Origin: Pseudovirgaria hyperparasitica
Lineage: Eukaryota
DNA length: 64,000 nt
Reading direction: 5' to 3' (one strand)
Assembly: GCA_010093815.1 (NCBI GenBank)
Contig: ML996580.1
How positions within the stretch are numbered: position 1 is the first letter of the stretch; every line of letters begins with the position of its first letter. Positions 53,047 through 64,000 of the stretch are shown here, in pieces. The notes under the pieces were generated by a model. It was given only the letters and a program-made list of their open reading frames with translations, did no database searches and was not told the DNA's origin. The position numbers and the translations under genes were made by a program.

Positions 53047-56000
53047 TCACCACGCCAGGACTCCACTGAAGGAGCCCACCAACAAGGTTGCGGCGAGCTG
53101 CTGCCTGGCAGCCCCCATCCTCGAGCCTACCACCACCTCCCGGGGAACGTCCCCCCTGGCAATGGCCAGCGCGTTCATGCAGGTGAACACGCCGCAGTCA
53201 CTGGAGTTGTGCTGCTGACCACTGCGAAGGGTGACGTCCGCCCAGTCGGCGGCGGCGTACTCCTCCCCCAACTCCCCCTCCAACCACTTCCTCGCCATCC
53301 CCAAGACGGCTCCACCGGTACCCCCCAACGAGTCCAAGAACTCAATGGTCCTTTCGGACACGTTGATGACTAGGAGGGTCCAGTGGGAACCGCCTTGGTT
53401 GATGGGGAAGAACACCATCTTTGCCTTTAAAAGGCGCTTTTCGGACACCTTTGCCCGACGAGACCAGCGCTGCACACCAGTGTAGCCCTTTGCCTTGATA
53501 ACCTCGTGCCACTTGGACGAGAAGGCGACGAGGGGTGGCACACTGGTGGCAGCGCGGTCGTCGGGGTTGAAGCCCTGCTTTTCGTTCGAGTGCTTGACGA
53601 GTAGGGCGAGGAAGTCGTCAATGCTGTCGTCATTTAGCCAGGCTGACGACCCACCTGCTGCTCCTCTGGCAGGAAACAGGTTCGGCACAATGCGAGCAAG
53701 AGCTGCATCCGTGAAGTTGGCGGTGCGGGTTGTCACAGAGCTTACACCATTGGAGACTGCGGCGTCTATGACTGCGGTAAGACTTGGAGGAATGTCAATG
53801 ATGACTTGGTCTGATGGTGGCTCAAGACCGTCTGATGCTGTATCTGATTCTTGGTCGGAGTATTGAGCACTCTCTTCACTTCCTTCTTCCGATTCGCCTT
53901 CTGACTGGGACTCGGCCTCTGAACCAGCTCCATTGACTGAACTGGAGTCGTCAGAGTCTGAAATGATTGTAACCTGGTTCTTCTCATCATGATGATGATC
54001 ATCATCGTTCTCATCGGAGTCGTCATTGGAGTCGGGGTCGTCTGATATCTGAGGTAAAGTGTGACGAAAGGTGCGGGGAAGATGTTCAAAGGAGCTGACG
54101 TTCGTCTGATCAATGTCGTCGGAGTTGACATTTTCAGGCTCGGGGCCATGTACGAAGGAAGACTCATTTGCAAGGAAGTCGTCTGACGGACCAAACGTGC
54201 TATCTTCGGCAGTGCTGTCATGCTCATATGCATCGAAATCGGAGGCCGGCATCATGGAGGATTCATTCACAAAAGTGGATGTATCACGCGCCGTAGCTTC
54301 CTCGATGAGTTCAGAGAGGTGGTCGGAATGTTCTTCGACAGCGGGGGCCGACAGCTTTGAAACACCACCAATAATGGTAGATTCTTCATGCGTTGTAGCT
54401 TGGTCGAATGCTGAAGGGCCGTCGACAGTATCTTCGAGGAATGAGGCCGGCATCATGGAAGATCCTTCAATGATGGTGGAATTTCCAAACGCCGTAGACT
54501 CATTACCTTCAAACATGGTCGAGTCGTTGAAGAGTCTAGAGTCCTGCAACATTGTTGACTCTTGGAAATGGATGTCTTCATCGTTGATCGCAGCATACTT
54601 GTGCATAGCCATGGTGATAGCCTCCATAGCGATTCTGTGATGCATTTGATCAGCAGCTTCAGTGGCTGTAAGCGAGCTGCGCTCAGGCTCCATGGCCTTC
54701 TGTGCCCTTTGTCGGGCAAGAGGAAGTTTCTCGACAGCGTATCGAATGAGCTCAGCCTGGCGTTCCTTGATCATGCGACTTTCTTGTGCTGGCGTGGTGA
54801 GGAATTGACTGTCTTTGACGTGTCGCTTGATGTCGTTGCACGCGTACTCGAGACAGAGATCTTCAATGATCTCACGAACGGCTTCATCGGAAGCTTTTGC
54901 AGCCCTTGCGTCGATGACCGAGCGACAGAAAGATTCAGACGGCTCGAGGGCGTCAATGTCTTCCTTTGAAGGTGGATCTGCCGGATTGGATATGAAGCCG
55001 GAAAGGTCGAGGTCGGAGGGCCGAGAGGGCCTATTGGTGGTTGTTGTGCTGGTGCCAAGGCCCCATCCGCCAAGCGAGGCACGAGCCACTTCAACGACCG
55101 AGTCATCTTGAGCAGCGGTTCGTGGGGATCTGTCGCGCAGGATGGAAGCTTGGTAGGGGCTTGACTGCAGATCAGAGCCGAGCATGGAGAGGAGGGATGT
55201 ATCCACAGGCTTGGGCTCTCGAGGGTGTCGGAGATGTGGAGGGAGATGCATTCCGTCTGCTTTCTTTCCCTTCCTGGGATCGCGATTGATGGCGAAATCT
55301 TTGTAAAAATGCTTGGGTTGAGCTTGGACACCGCCGTGAAGCGCACTCTGTTTCCATACAAGCGACTTCTTGACAAGTGGGGTCTGCTTTTTGAGGATAC
55401 CTCGAGGACGAGAACTAGCGGAGGTTCTTCGAACTTGTACTGGTGTGACTTCGGGGGCATCATCGAGTGTCGACAGATCTTGGGATTGTGATTCAACGAT
55501 GACAGTGTTCTTGGGAATTTGGGAAATAGCAGACACGTCGGGAGTGATGGGTGCTGGATTTCTGTGAGTAGCTGCATTGCCGCGGGTCGACATATGAAAT
55601 GGTGAGCTGGATCTGAAATCTTCTGGGACATATGCCCTGCGGAGCAAATCCGGGATATCCATTCGATGTTGACGTAAAGAAAAGTCGCACCAACCTGTAG
55701 TCGTGTTTTTCGGCTTCCAAGCTATTTTCTGGTCATCGCAGCTCTCGATGAACTCTTTGAAATGTTCATAACAATGGTAGCCGAGGACCTTCTTTTCCTC
55801 TGCAAGAAGCTCGTCGGATCGGATCTTTTCATTTGCAATTAGTTTGTCAACAAACTCACGGCGGTGAGCTACAGAGTGCTTGATGCGCATCTCGGTCGCG
55901 TTGCCAAATGATGCAATGATTCTTGCGTTGCGCTCCAGGCGTTTCTGTTCAATGTGCCGCAGCTTTGCTGGATTGTCTTCATCAGGCAAGAGCAATCTCC

Positions 56001-57515
56001 TACGAGTAATCAATTGAAAGATGCGATCCTTGAGCCGGCTTTCGATTGCGTGCTCAGTAGGTCTGCCCATTGGCCAACGCCGGCTTTGGAGGGACTTCAC
56101 AACATCGCGCCTGGCCGCCTTGTAGATGGCAGCGACTGGGAGAACGTGAGGAATTACTTGACCTTGACGTCCGAATGAAGGCCTGATGGAAGCTTCATCA
56201 TCACTCGTCTCCTCGTTGACAGCAGCGCGCCACCAGGTTTGCGTGCCTGCAGTGTCGTCGAGATAATCATTGCGATCATCGAGCTCAATGTCATGTTGCA
56301 ACTGGTCGTTTGATGGAGCCGCTTGAGAGCTGTCAATATCATGTTGCAACTGGCCGTTTGACGGTCCTGGTTGAGCGCTGTCAATATCATGTTGCAACTG
56401 GCCGTTTGACGGTCCTGGTTGAGTGTTGTCAGCATCATGTTGTAGCTGGCCGTTTGACGAAGCCGCTTGAGCGCTGTCAGCATCATGTTGCAGCTGGCCG
56501 TTTGACGAAGCCGCTTGAGCGCTGTCAGCATCATGTTGCAGCTGGCCGTTTGACGAAGCCGCTTGAGTGTTGTCAACATCATGTTGTAGCTGGGCATTTG
56601 GCGAACCCGCTTGAGTACTGTCATTAACATGTTGAAGCTGGGCATTTGGCGAACCCGCTTGAGTACTGTCAACATCATGTTGCAGCTGGGCGTTGGACGG
56701 TCTGGCTTGAGCGATGTCGAACTCATGTTGCAGCTGAGCGTTTGACAGAGCTACTTCATTCATGTCAACGTCATTTTGCAGCTGGGCATTTGATGGACCC
56801 GCTTCATTCATGTCAACATCATGTTGCAGCTGGGCATTTGACGGACCCGCTTCATTCATGACAACATCATGTTGCAGCTGGGCATTGGATGGACCCGCTT
56901 GGATGCTTTGCCGTGGTCTCTCAGGGAGTGAATTAGGTACAAATGGATGAGCTGAAGGGCGAGAAACATCAAGAGCGACCCTTTTCGTAGATTTGATCAA
57001 AGATCCCACGAGAATGACCTGTGTCTGAGGACGAGGCCTTTGAACTGGTCTCTGGCGGCGAAACCAAGGAGGGAGAAGACCTCTGACCCTGCCGAGCACA
57101 TTTGCAGGACGAAGAGAAGCTGGCACAGCAAAATAGCTGGCCCGGTTGACTGGGCGGGCGCGAGTAGCGGGTACGGTCCGGGTAGGAGAGCGGACACCTT
57201 GTGTTATCTGCGGAAAGTGTGAGCTCAGACACTAGCTAGGAACAGATCTTTGAAGTTTCATTGGCTTACTGGAAGGTAATTGCGAGGTGACTGGCCCTCG
57301 TCAGGCTCGGGCTCATATTCATATTCAGACTCAGACTCAGATTCAGACTCAGACCCAGACTTGGACTTGGACTCGGATTCAGTGATGGTGGTGGGATCAG
57401 TAGCTACGACACTTGAAGCTTGTGCATTGGCGTTTGCGGTGCTAGACTCGGCCAGGCGTTCGTCAAACTTGCGCTTTTTGGAAGTAGACATTGGAGAAGA
57501 GGTTGGTGAAGACAT
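53047..57515 (-). CDS. ULP1: Ulp1-like SUMO protease (peptidase C48), about 1468 aa; exon 1 57270-57515, exon 2 53047-57207
   Basis: C-terminal WLNDDSIDDFL, FFPINQGGSHWTLLVI (His), FLDSLGG (Asp) and QQHNSSDCGVFTC (Gln/Cys). GTAAGC...CGCAG intron joins the exons in phase 0; N-terminal KKRKF NLS-like motif. Confidence 0.85.
56275..56898 (-). repeat. Coding minisatellite, 13 x 48 bp (16-aa unit AGPSNAQLQHDVDxxQ) in the Ulp1-like N-terminus
   Basis: 13 QLQ(H/N) units counted in the translation; DNA core catgttgcagctgg recurs every 48 nt. Confidence 0.95.
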
Positions 57516-58694
57516 GTTGCGTGCGAGAGGCACGAACAGTCACGAAAGAAAGATGAGAGATGCTTTTCCAGTTTCACGAGAAGAGTAGTTGAAGAAGAAA
57601 AAGTGTTGATGTTTTATCCTTGAAGAAAGATGGGATGGAAGAGAAAGTTGGTGATGTTGCTGAAGGTGAAGATGTTAAAGCGCGCGAAGCTGAAGCTGGG
57701 AGCTGCTGGAGCTTTGACCAATCTGCAATCTGGGGGGCATTTATTCCGCGCTAGTCCACATCCGAACTCGCCTATCCGCATCGGGCCTGTCAAACTCCTT
57801 CGGCGAACCGTTTCAGCCCTATAGACAGAGTTTTCGTGATCAATACCCCTCCATCCCTGCCATTTGCCCCACTATTGTGCTACTCTATACGTTGTAGCTG
57901 TTTGTTTACCACTTCACTCTCTGCTTTTGCGCCTGTTCACTTCCAAGTTCGGTTTGGCGCGGCCTCGTCTCCATCGCATTGAACTTTGTATACAGCAGAT
58001 GATGACGTAGCCTGCACACTTCTCGTGAGCTAAGAACGTACGAATACGAATTCATGTACGAAGCAAGACAGAGTATGCGAGAAGGTACACTAGCCTAAAT
58101 TCCACTTTTCCATGGATGTGGCCTAACGTTGGCTAATAGTCGGGTATCTTGCACGTACCGATCTGCAGTAGGGATGAGAGTCGCGGGGCTCGGAGGATAC
58201 GATATACGAGAGAGAGGACCATATCAATAGAAATGCGTACTCGCGACGATGCCTTGAACCCTTTTTATGCGCACTATATTGGCTTAATAATTGTCTGTCT
58301 GAACCAGCTGTAATTACCGCCCAAAATCGCACCAACAATGAATCCCTTGCATTTATAGAAGAGCCTGCCGGGATGCTGGATGTAGAATAGCCACCACCTT
58401 GTTCATACAATAGACATACAACAGATGATATATCAAGATTATATTGTCCCAATTCCATTGTCGAGAGCGACAGACCGACTACATTACGCCAAGATACCCC
58501 AGATAAATAGCATAATCCATTATTCGAGATGTTCGCCAATTTGTGCGTGAACAACTTCAGCCTGTTTTCGCTTCCGCTCCAACAACGGGGCAAGCACTCG
58601 CGGGTGCAGATATCGTAACGCCATTTAAGTCATAAACCATCACATCCTCTTATTTCTACTACCAGCCGGTTGGCGTTCGACTGTGGCAATGTCT

Positions 58695-59005
58695 TCAGAT
58701 GCCTCCGCCTGCACGAGCGTCAGCCAGCACTTTGTCTGCGGAGTCTGTGCCGCCTGTGCTTCGCCACTCACCCGATCTTGTCGTCGATACGCTGTAGTCG
58801 CCTACCTGCCTCTGCTCCCTCTGCGCAGTGATTGCCCGTGTCTTCATAAGCATGTATGACCCGCCGAGAGAGACGACTCCGAAAAATGCAAGGGCGCGAC
58901 GACTGTTGGATCGTTTGTCAGTGCTTGGCAGACATATTGGGGGTCATTAAGAAGAGTGGGGTAGCGGAGCAAGGATACGAACTTGACAAGCGTACTGAAC
59001 GGCAT
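58695..59005 (-). CDS. 55-aa single-TM microprotein with 3 exons (59005-58983, 58902-58772, 58708-58695)
   Basis: Introns GTTCGT...CACTGAC...AACAG and GTGAGT...GCTGAC...TGCAG give MPFSTLVNRRALAFFGVVSLGGSYMLMKTRAITAQREQRQVGDYSVSTTRSGGGI*. Confidence 0.78.
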
Positions 59006-59411
59006 TTTGGGTATGTCTGGTGAGAATTCGTGCTGATGGAGTTGAGGGAAGGATTGGTGATGGGTATTTGGCAGAGGACAAGGAAGCGGTGTGATGTTGG
59101 GACCAAATGATGGGGCACGCGAGCAGTTGGCCCGTTTATGAAGCTTCCCCAGACCTAGACCCCAGACCGAGACCAGACTGGTGCTGCCGCCAATCGGTAG
59201 CGTCATCCATACATCCATACATACATCATTAGGACATGTCTCGATGCGGGAATAAAATAGGGTTTATGTCAGGGGTCCCTGCAAGCATTCATTCGTCCAT
59301 TCATGCGTCTCGCTAACTGTGCCGAGGCCGATCCTTTATGTACGTTGCCGTACCCTCATCTTTCTATCTTCATCGACATCCTTTCTTCCGACCCTGTACG
59401 CCCCCTTTGGC

Positions 59412-60041
59412 TCAAGCTTTGTTCCAAGAACCAAGGAGCTCGTCCGCCCTCACCACATGTGCGCGCGATGGCAGGATTTGCTCCATCAGGAAGGCATGTA
59501 CGCCGTCCCTTGGATCCCAGCACGCATCCTCGATGACAGTCGTCACGAAACCCTCGTCAGAAGCAGCAATAGCCGTCCGCAGAACAGCACCAGACGTCGC
59601 CAGCCCAAGCACAACTAGACTCTTGATTCCTTTGTCTCGCAATATGTCCATTGCGCCCTCGGACTTCAGGCCAGACACGACGCCTGCAGTCTTGAGGACT
59701 ACGTACTCAACAGGCCCTGCCTTCTGCGATGAGACTAGCTCAGGAGGCTCTGAGAGTGCGACAGCGTCATTTCTGATACTGTCGAGTCTGCCCATGATCA
59801 GCACTGTGTTCTTGCATTGAGGAGGAGGTTTGCTGTTGATATCGATAAGCGAGTGCAAGACTGTGATGCCACGCTCAAGAGCCCATTCCCGAATCATCTG
59901 CGCCTTGGACACTGTCTTGATACCCTTCTGGCCGCATAGTTGGATCGTGTAGCCGTGATAGTCGAGTAGTATAACAGCTGTTTCTGCAGGAGGATACGCG
60001 AGAGGAGATTCGCAGCTGTTCCTGTCAAGTATAGCTGCCAT
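59412..60041 (-). CDS. Isochorismatase-like (cysteine hydrolase fold) protein, intronless
   Basis: TAVILLDYH, VVLK..VVSGL, LRDKGIKSLVVLGLATSGAVLRTA..ASDEGF..TVIEDACWD. Confidence 0.85.
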   Translation of the reverse strand: MAAILDRNSCESPLAYPPAETAVILLDYHGYTIQLCGQKGIKTVSKAQMIREWALERGITVLHSLIDINSKPPPQCKNTVLIMGRLDSIRNDAVALSEPPELVSSQKAGPVEYVVLKTAGVVSGLKSEGAMDILRDKGIKSLVVLGLATSGAVLRTAIAASDEGFVTTVIEDACWDPRDGVHAFLMEQILPSRAHVVRADELLGSWNKA

Positions 60042-60351
60042 GGTTTGACTTCATATGCTGTTAAATGTGAAAACAAGGTTCTGAACAGATGCTGCTCGCT
60101 GCTGATGTCGTATGTACCATTTTGAACATCATGAATGAAGTCTTATACTTGTTGTCCATATACAGGCGTGCCGGTTCCGGCGATATCTTTAGGGCGGTAC
60201 CGGCTGCAGTTACGGGTAGGACTTTAGATTAGATGTCCGGAGATAACGCACGGACTCGAATTTTTTCGAAATCTTGGCATTCTACTTCGTCTCTCGCGTT
60301 GGCGAATACTGCACGCTTCCAGGCTTCATTCTGAGCTGCCATTGCAGAACC

Positions 60352-62732
60352 ATGGCGCCATCCATTAAGCAAAAAGCTCCCAAGGGCAAAGCCGCGAGGC
60401 CAGTGTCAAACATCAGTAAGCCCACTCCCCCGATATGTACTGCATTCGCTCACATATGTTCGCAGCCGACCCACGTTTTGCCAACATCCAAACCGACCCG
60501 CGCTTTCGCCTGCCCTCGAAGAAGAACAAGCGTGTACAGCTCGACTCTAGATTCGCGCGCGTGCTCGAAGATGACGACTTCTCACGCAAATCTAGCGTCG
60601 ATCGGTATGGACGGAAAATCGACAAGGGCGCAGGGAAGAAGGAGCTGGAGCGGCTGTACACCCTAGAAAAGGATGAGGATACAAGTGGCGAAGATAGTGA
60701 CGAAGCAGACGACGATAAAGCTGTGCAGAAAGAACTGTCCAAGGCGAATGAGAAGTACGATCCTGCCCGAGGAGGAGGTTTCTCATCGTCCGAGTCTGAG
60801 AGCGATGATGACGACGAGGACGTGGATGTTGAGGAGGCTCAGCTGCCAGATACTCCGTCGCAAGAAGCAGTGCCTATGGGTGAGGTATCGTCACGGCTCG
60901 CGGCTGTCAATCTCGACTGGGATAATATCCGTGCCGTCGATATCATGGCCGTTGCAGAGAGTTTCGCGCCAGCTGAAGGCCGCATAATATCAGTCATAGT
61001 GTATCCCAGCGAGTTTGGCCGAGAACAGCTGGAGCGCGAAGAGCTCGAGGGTCCGCCGAAGGAGATCTTTGCCGCATCAAAAGCAGACGCTGCGGACTCA
61101 GACTCGGACTCGGACGCTGAGAATGAAGAAATTAAGAAAGACCTGCTCGCTGAGGATACCGGCGAAGAATTTAATTCCTCTGCCCTCCGCGAATACCAGA
61201 TGCGTCGCCTCAAATACTACTATGCCGTCATAACCACCTCCTCCCCTGCTGTCGGCGAAGCCCTCTACACCGCCATGGACGGCCGCGAGTACCTATCCTC
61301 CGCAAACTTCTTCGACCTGCGCTTCATTCCCGACGAGGTCTCCTTTGAGACAGACAAGCCGCACGACACATGCACTGCCGTCCCGGACGGCTACAAGCCC
61401 AACGAATTCGTCACCGACGCCCTCACCCACAGCAAAGTCAAGCTGACCTGGGACGCCGATGACACGTCCCGCAAGGAAGCCCAAAAGCGCGCCTTCAGCC
61501 GCGCCGAGATTGACGAAAACGACCTCCAGGCATACATCGGCAGCGGCTCCTCGTCCGAAGAATCCGACGATGACGCAGAAGAAGCAGCAGCAGCAGCAGC
61601 CATCGACCCCGGCTCGCTCGCCCAAATGCCCACGAAAAAGCCACCCGGCAAGAAAGATCGCGCGTCCGCTCTACGCGCAAAACTCGGCCTCAACGAGTCT
61701 TCCTACAAGGCGAAGAAGCGCGCCGCAGATGCGCCCGTGGGCGACATGGAAATCACATTCACACCAGGTCTATCCGCATCCTCATCGTCTGCTGCATCCA
61801 AGCCCAAATCCATCTTCGCCAACGAGCCTCCTCCCAAAGACGAGACGACAATCGAGAAATACAAGCGCAAAGAGCGCGAGCGCAAACAACGCCGCAAGGA
61901 AGAACGCGCAGCCCGCACCCCTGCTGCTGCCGATGACAATGACGACGCAGCCAACATCGACTCCAACAGCGACTCCGACTCCTCCGACGGCGGCGTACAA
62001 ATCACCTTCCCCGACCAAGCCCCCAAGTCAACATCAACATCCACCAAAAAACAAACCTCAAACCCCAAAGACCTCTCGTCCACCGACCAAACCCCAACAG
62101 CAGACCTAGGCTTCAACGACCCCTTCTTCACAAACCCCCTCCAAACAACCACCAAACCCAAACCCCGCAAACCCACCCCTAAACCCACTCCCTCAACGTC
62201 CCAAACAACAACAACCCCCGCCGAACTCTCCCTCCTCCTCACCCCCGACGACCCATCCACCCAGCCCCTAAACCACTTCAACATGACCGCCATCGAACGC
62301 GCCGAAAAGCGCGCCGCCCGCAAATCCCACAAAACCCCCCACAACAAACACAACAAACACAAAAAATCCCACCAAGACGAAAACGAACACGAACACGAAC
62401 ACGAAACGAACAGCGCCCTCCAACCAGGCTTCAAAATGGACGTCGCAGACGCACGCTTCGCGCCGCTGTTTGAGAGCCATGAGTTTGCGATCGATCCGAC
62501 GAATCCGCGGTTCAGGAGCACGGCGGGGATGAAGGCTGTGCTGGAGGAGGGGAGGAGGAGGAGGAAGGAGGGGGGGAGGGATAAGAGGGATGGTGAGGAT
62601 GAGGGCGTTGGTATGGGTAAGAGGAAGAGAGATGGAGGGAAGCAAGAGGGCGAGGGAAACGGAAAGGCAGACGAGGATATCGGGAAATTGGTGGAACGGG
62701 TCAAGAAGCGTTCGAAAGGCGCGATGGCGTAG
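60352..62732 (+). CDS. ESF1: Pre-rRNA-processing protein Esf1; intron 60416-60465
   Basis: T|DPRFANIQTDPRF, VDRYGRK, RLAAVNLDWDNIRAVD, VYPSEFGR, LREYQMRRLKYYYAV, DGREYLSSANFFDLRFIPD and NUC153-like DARFAPLFESHEFAIDPTNPRF. Confidence 0.95.
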
Positions 62733-62941
62733 TGTCCATAGACATACACACATACACACATACATAGACAGATAATGGTCCTGTAGTCTGGTCTGGGTGT
62801 GAAAACGTCGAAAGCTCAGAACTTAAATGTACTGCCTTGTTTTTGTATTGTGATGACCATCTCTCTATGCGCACCAGAGTACGAAGTGACACCATCCCAT
62901 ATCACCCCATCCCAAGCATACCACACCACACCACCACTAAA

Positions 62942-64000
62942 CTAAAAATTCATCAAATCGCGCCCAAACATCGCCCGCTTACTCCAATCCATCGCCAGCA
63001 GCATCCTCGTCCGCAAGCTCACGCTCTGCGCAAAATACACACTCCGCCAGAGATACACGGCCAACAGCCCGCCCGAGAAGCTGATGCCGCCAAAGTCAAA
63101 CACCGCCGCATTCCCGACATACGCCAGACTGCCCATGTGCTTGTACTCAAACGCCTTGTAGACGGCCTCGTCGAGATCGCCGTAGCTGACCTCGTTCAGC
63201 TTCATGCCGGGCGCCATCTGGGCCATGCGGGTGAGTTTGCGGGCGAGGTACTGGCCCTGCTGGTGGGCGCGCTGGGCGGTGGCGGGGAGGCTGGTGAGTT
63301 TGCTGTCGATCTGGGCGAGGAGTTCGCGGAGCTCGCCAAAGTCGAGGGTGCCGGATTGGTCCTTGTCGTACTGCTGGAAGAGCTTGTCGAGGCGGCGGAG
63401 GTGGTCGCTGGCTTGGGGGAAGCGTGCCTTGACGCGCTGGGCGACCTTGCGCCAGTCGGAGAAGCTGATCTGCATGCGCTCCGGGTCCTGGCCCTTTTCC
63501 CAGGCGAGCGTGCGTAGGAAGGTGACTATATGGTCGGATATGTTGTTCTGTACGGTGGAACAGTCGCCGACGGCGTAGACGTCACCGAGTGGTGCACCGA
63601 TCAGGCGGAGGTGGGTATCGGTTTCAAGAGCGTGCCGGTTGTTTTGCCCGTCAAGCTTCTTAGCGAGCTTCTGGCAAAACTCGGTTTGTGCTAGGAAGAG
63701 TTAGCATTGTCTGGGACGAGACGGCATGATACATACAAACTCCAGTCGACCAAAGGCAGAATCCCATTGGAATCTCCTTGGTGATGACTTGGTTGTTCTC
63801 GTCCTTTTGAGTGAACAGGATCTTATCGGCCTGAACTTCCGCTACTCGTGAATTGGTGAGCACATCGACTTGGTCGTGTGCAAATCGGTCCTGTTGATGC
63901 CTATAAGCCACAAATCCATAGTTATATGGTCCAAATACTTACTTCTGCATATTTCGATAGCGCTTCATCATAGGTGTTCAGGATATGCCCTCGACTTTGT
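62942..64000 (-). CDS. 3' part of a mitochondrial type II (external) NAD(P)H dehydrogenase with Ca2+-binding EF-hand (64-kDa NDE1 type)
   Basis: ILNTYDEALS.YAE, GFCLWSTGV, DVYAVGDC, EF-hand DKDQSGTLDFGE, LPATAQRAHQQGQYL, FEYKHMGSLAYVG and YLWRSVY..QSVSLRTR; runs off the window end. Confidence 0.92.

Noticed and set aside
60258..60270. RRPE-like A/T element upstream of ESF1
   Set aside because: Imperfect single short match; cannot be supported without conservation data.

Overview
Gene-dense, intron-containing region of a filamentous ascomycete (Pezizomycotina) nuclear genome: GT-AG introns of about 50-100 nt, CTRAY-type branch points, many microsatellites and one 85-N assembly gap. About 22 protein-coding genes can be built from the sequence. 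In order: a partial AT-hook protein, a RECQ4-like helicase, STRIPAK FAR11/HAM-2, a secreted GH43, RAD23, an uncharacterised membrane protein, a large low-complexity nuclear protein, POP8, ESS2/DGCR14, eIF6, FacC/YAT1 carnitine acetyltransferase, RAD57, a second uncharacterised membrane protein, a KDM4/Rph1-type JmjC demethylase, a Caprin-like RGG protein, an MDR-family oxidoreductase, a ULP1-like SUMO protease, a 55-aa microprotein, an isochorismatase-like protein, ESF1 and a partial EF-hand type II NAD(P)H dehydrogenase. No transposon, tRNA, rRNA or CRISPR was recognised. Most notable: (1) a 3-exon, 55-aa microprotein ending RSGGGI that the ORF track misses; (2) a spliced Tyr-rich uORF and hidden first exon in the leader of the 20.2-24.1 kb gene; (3) a ULP1-like protease with a 13x16-aa repeat array, a cluster of Polo-type phospho-motifs and SIM-like motifs; (4) a RecQ with a RECQ4-type C-terminus; (5) repeated C-rich to G-rich strand-skew flips. 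Family calls rest on motif recognition from memory; no database search was run.
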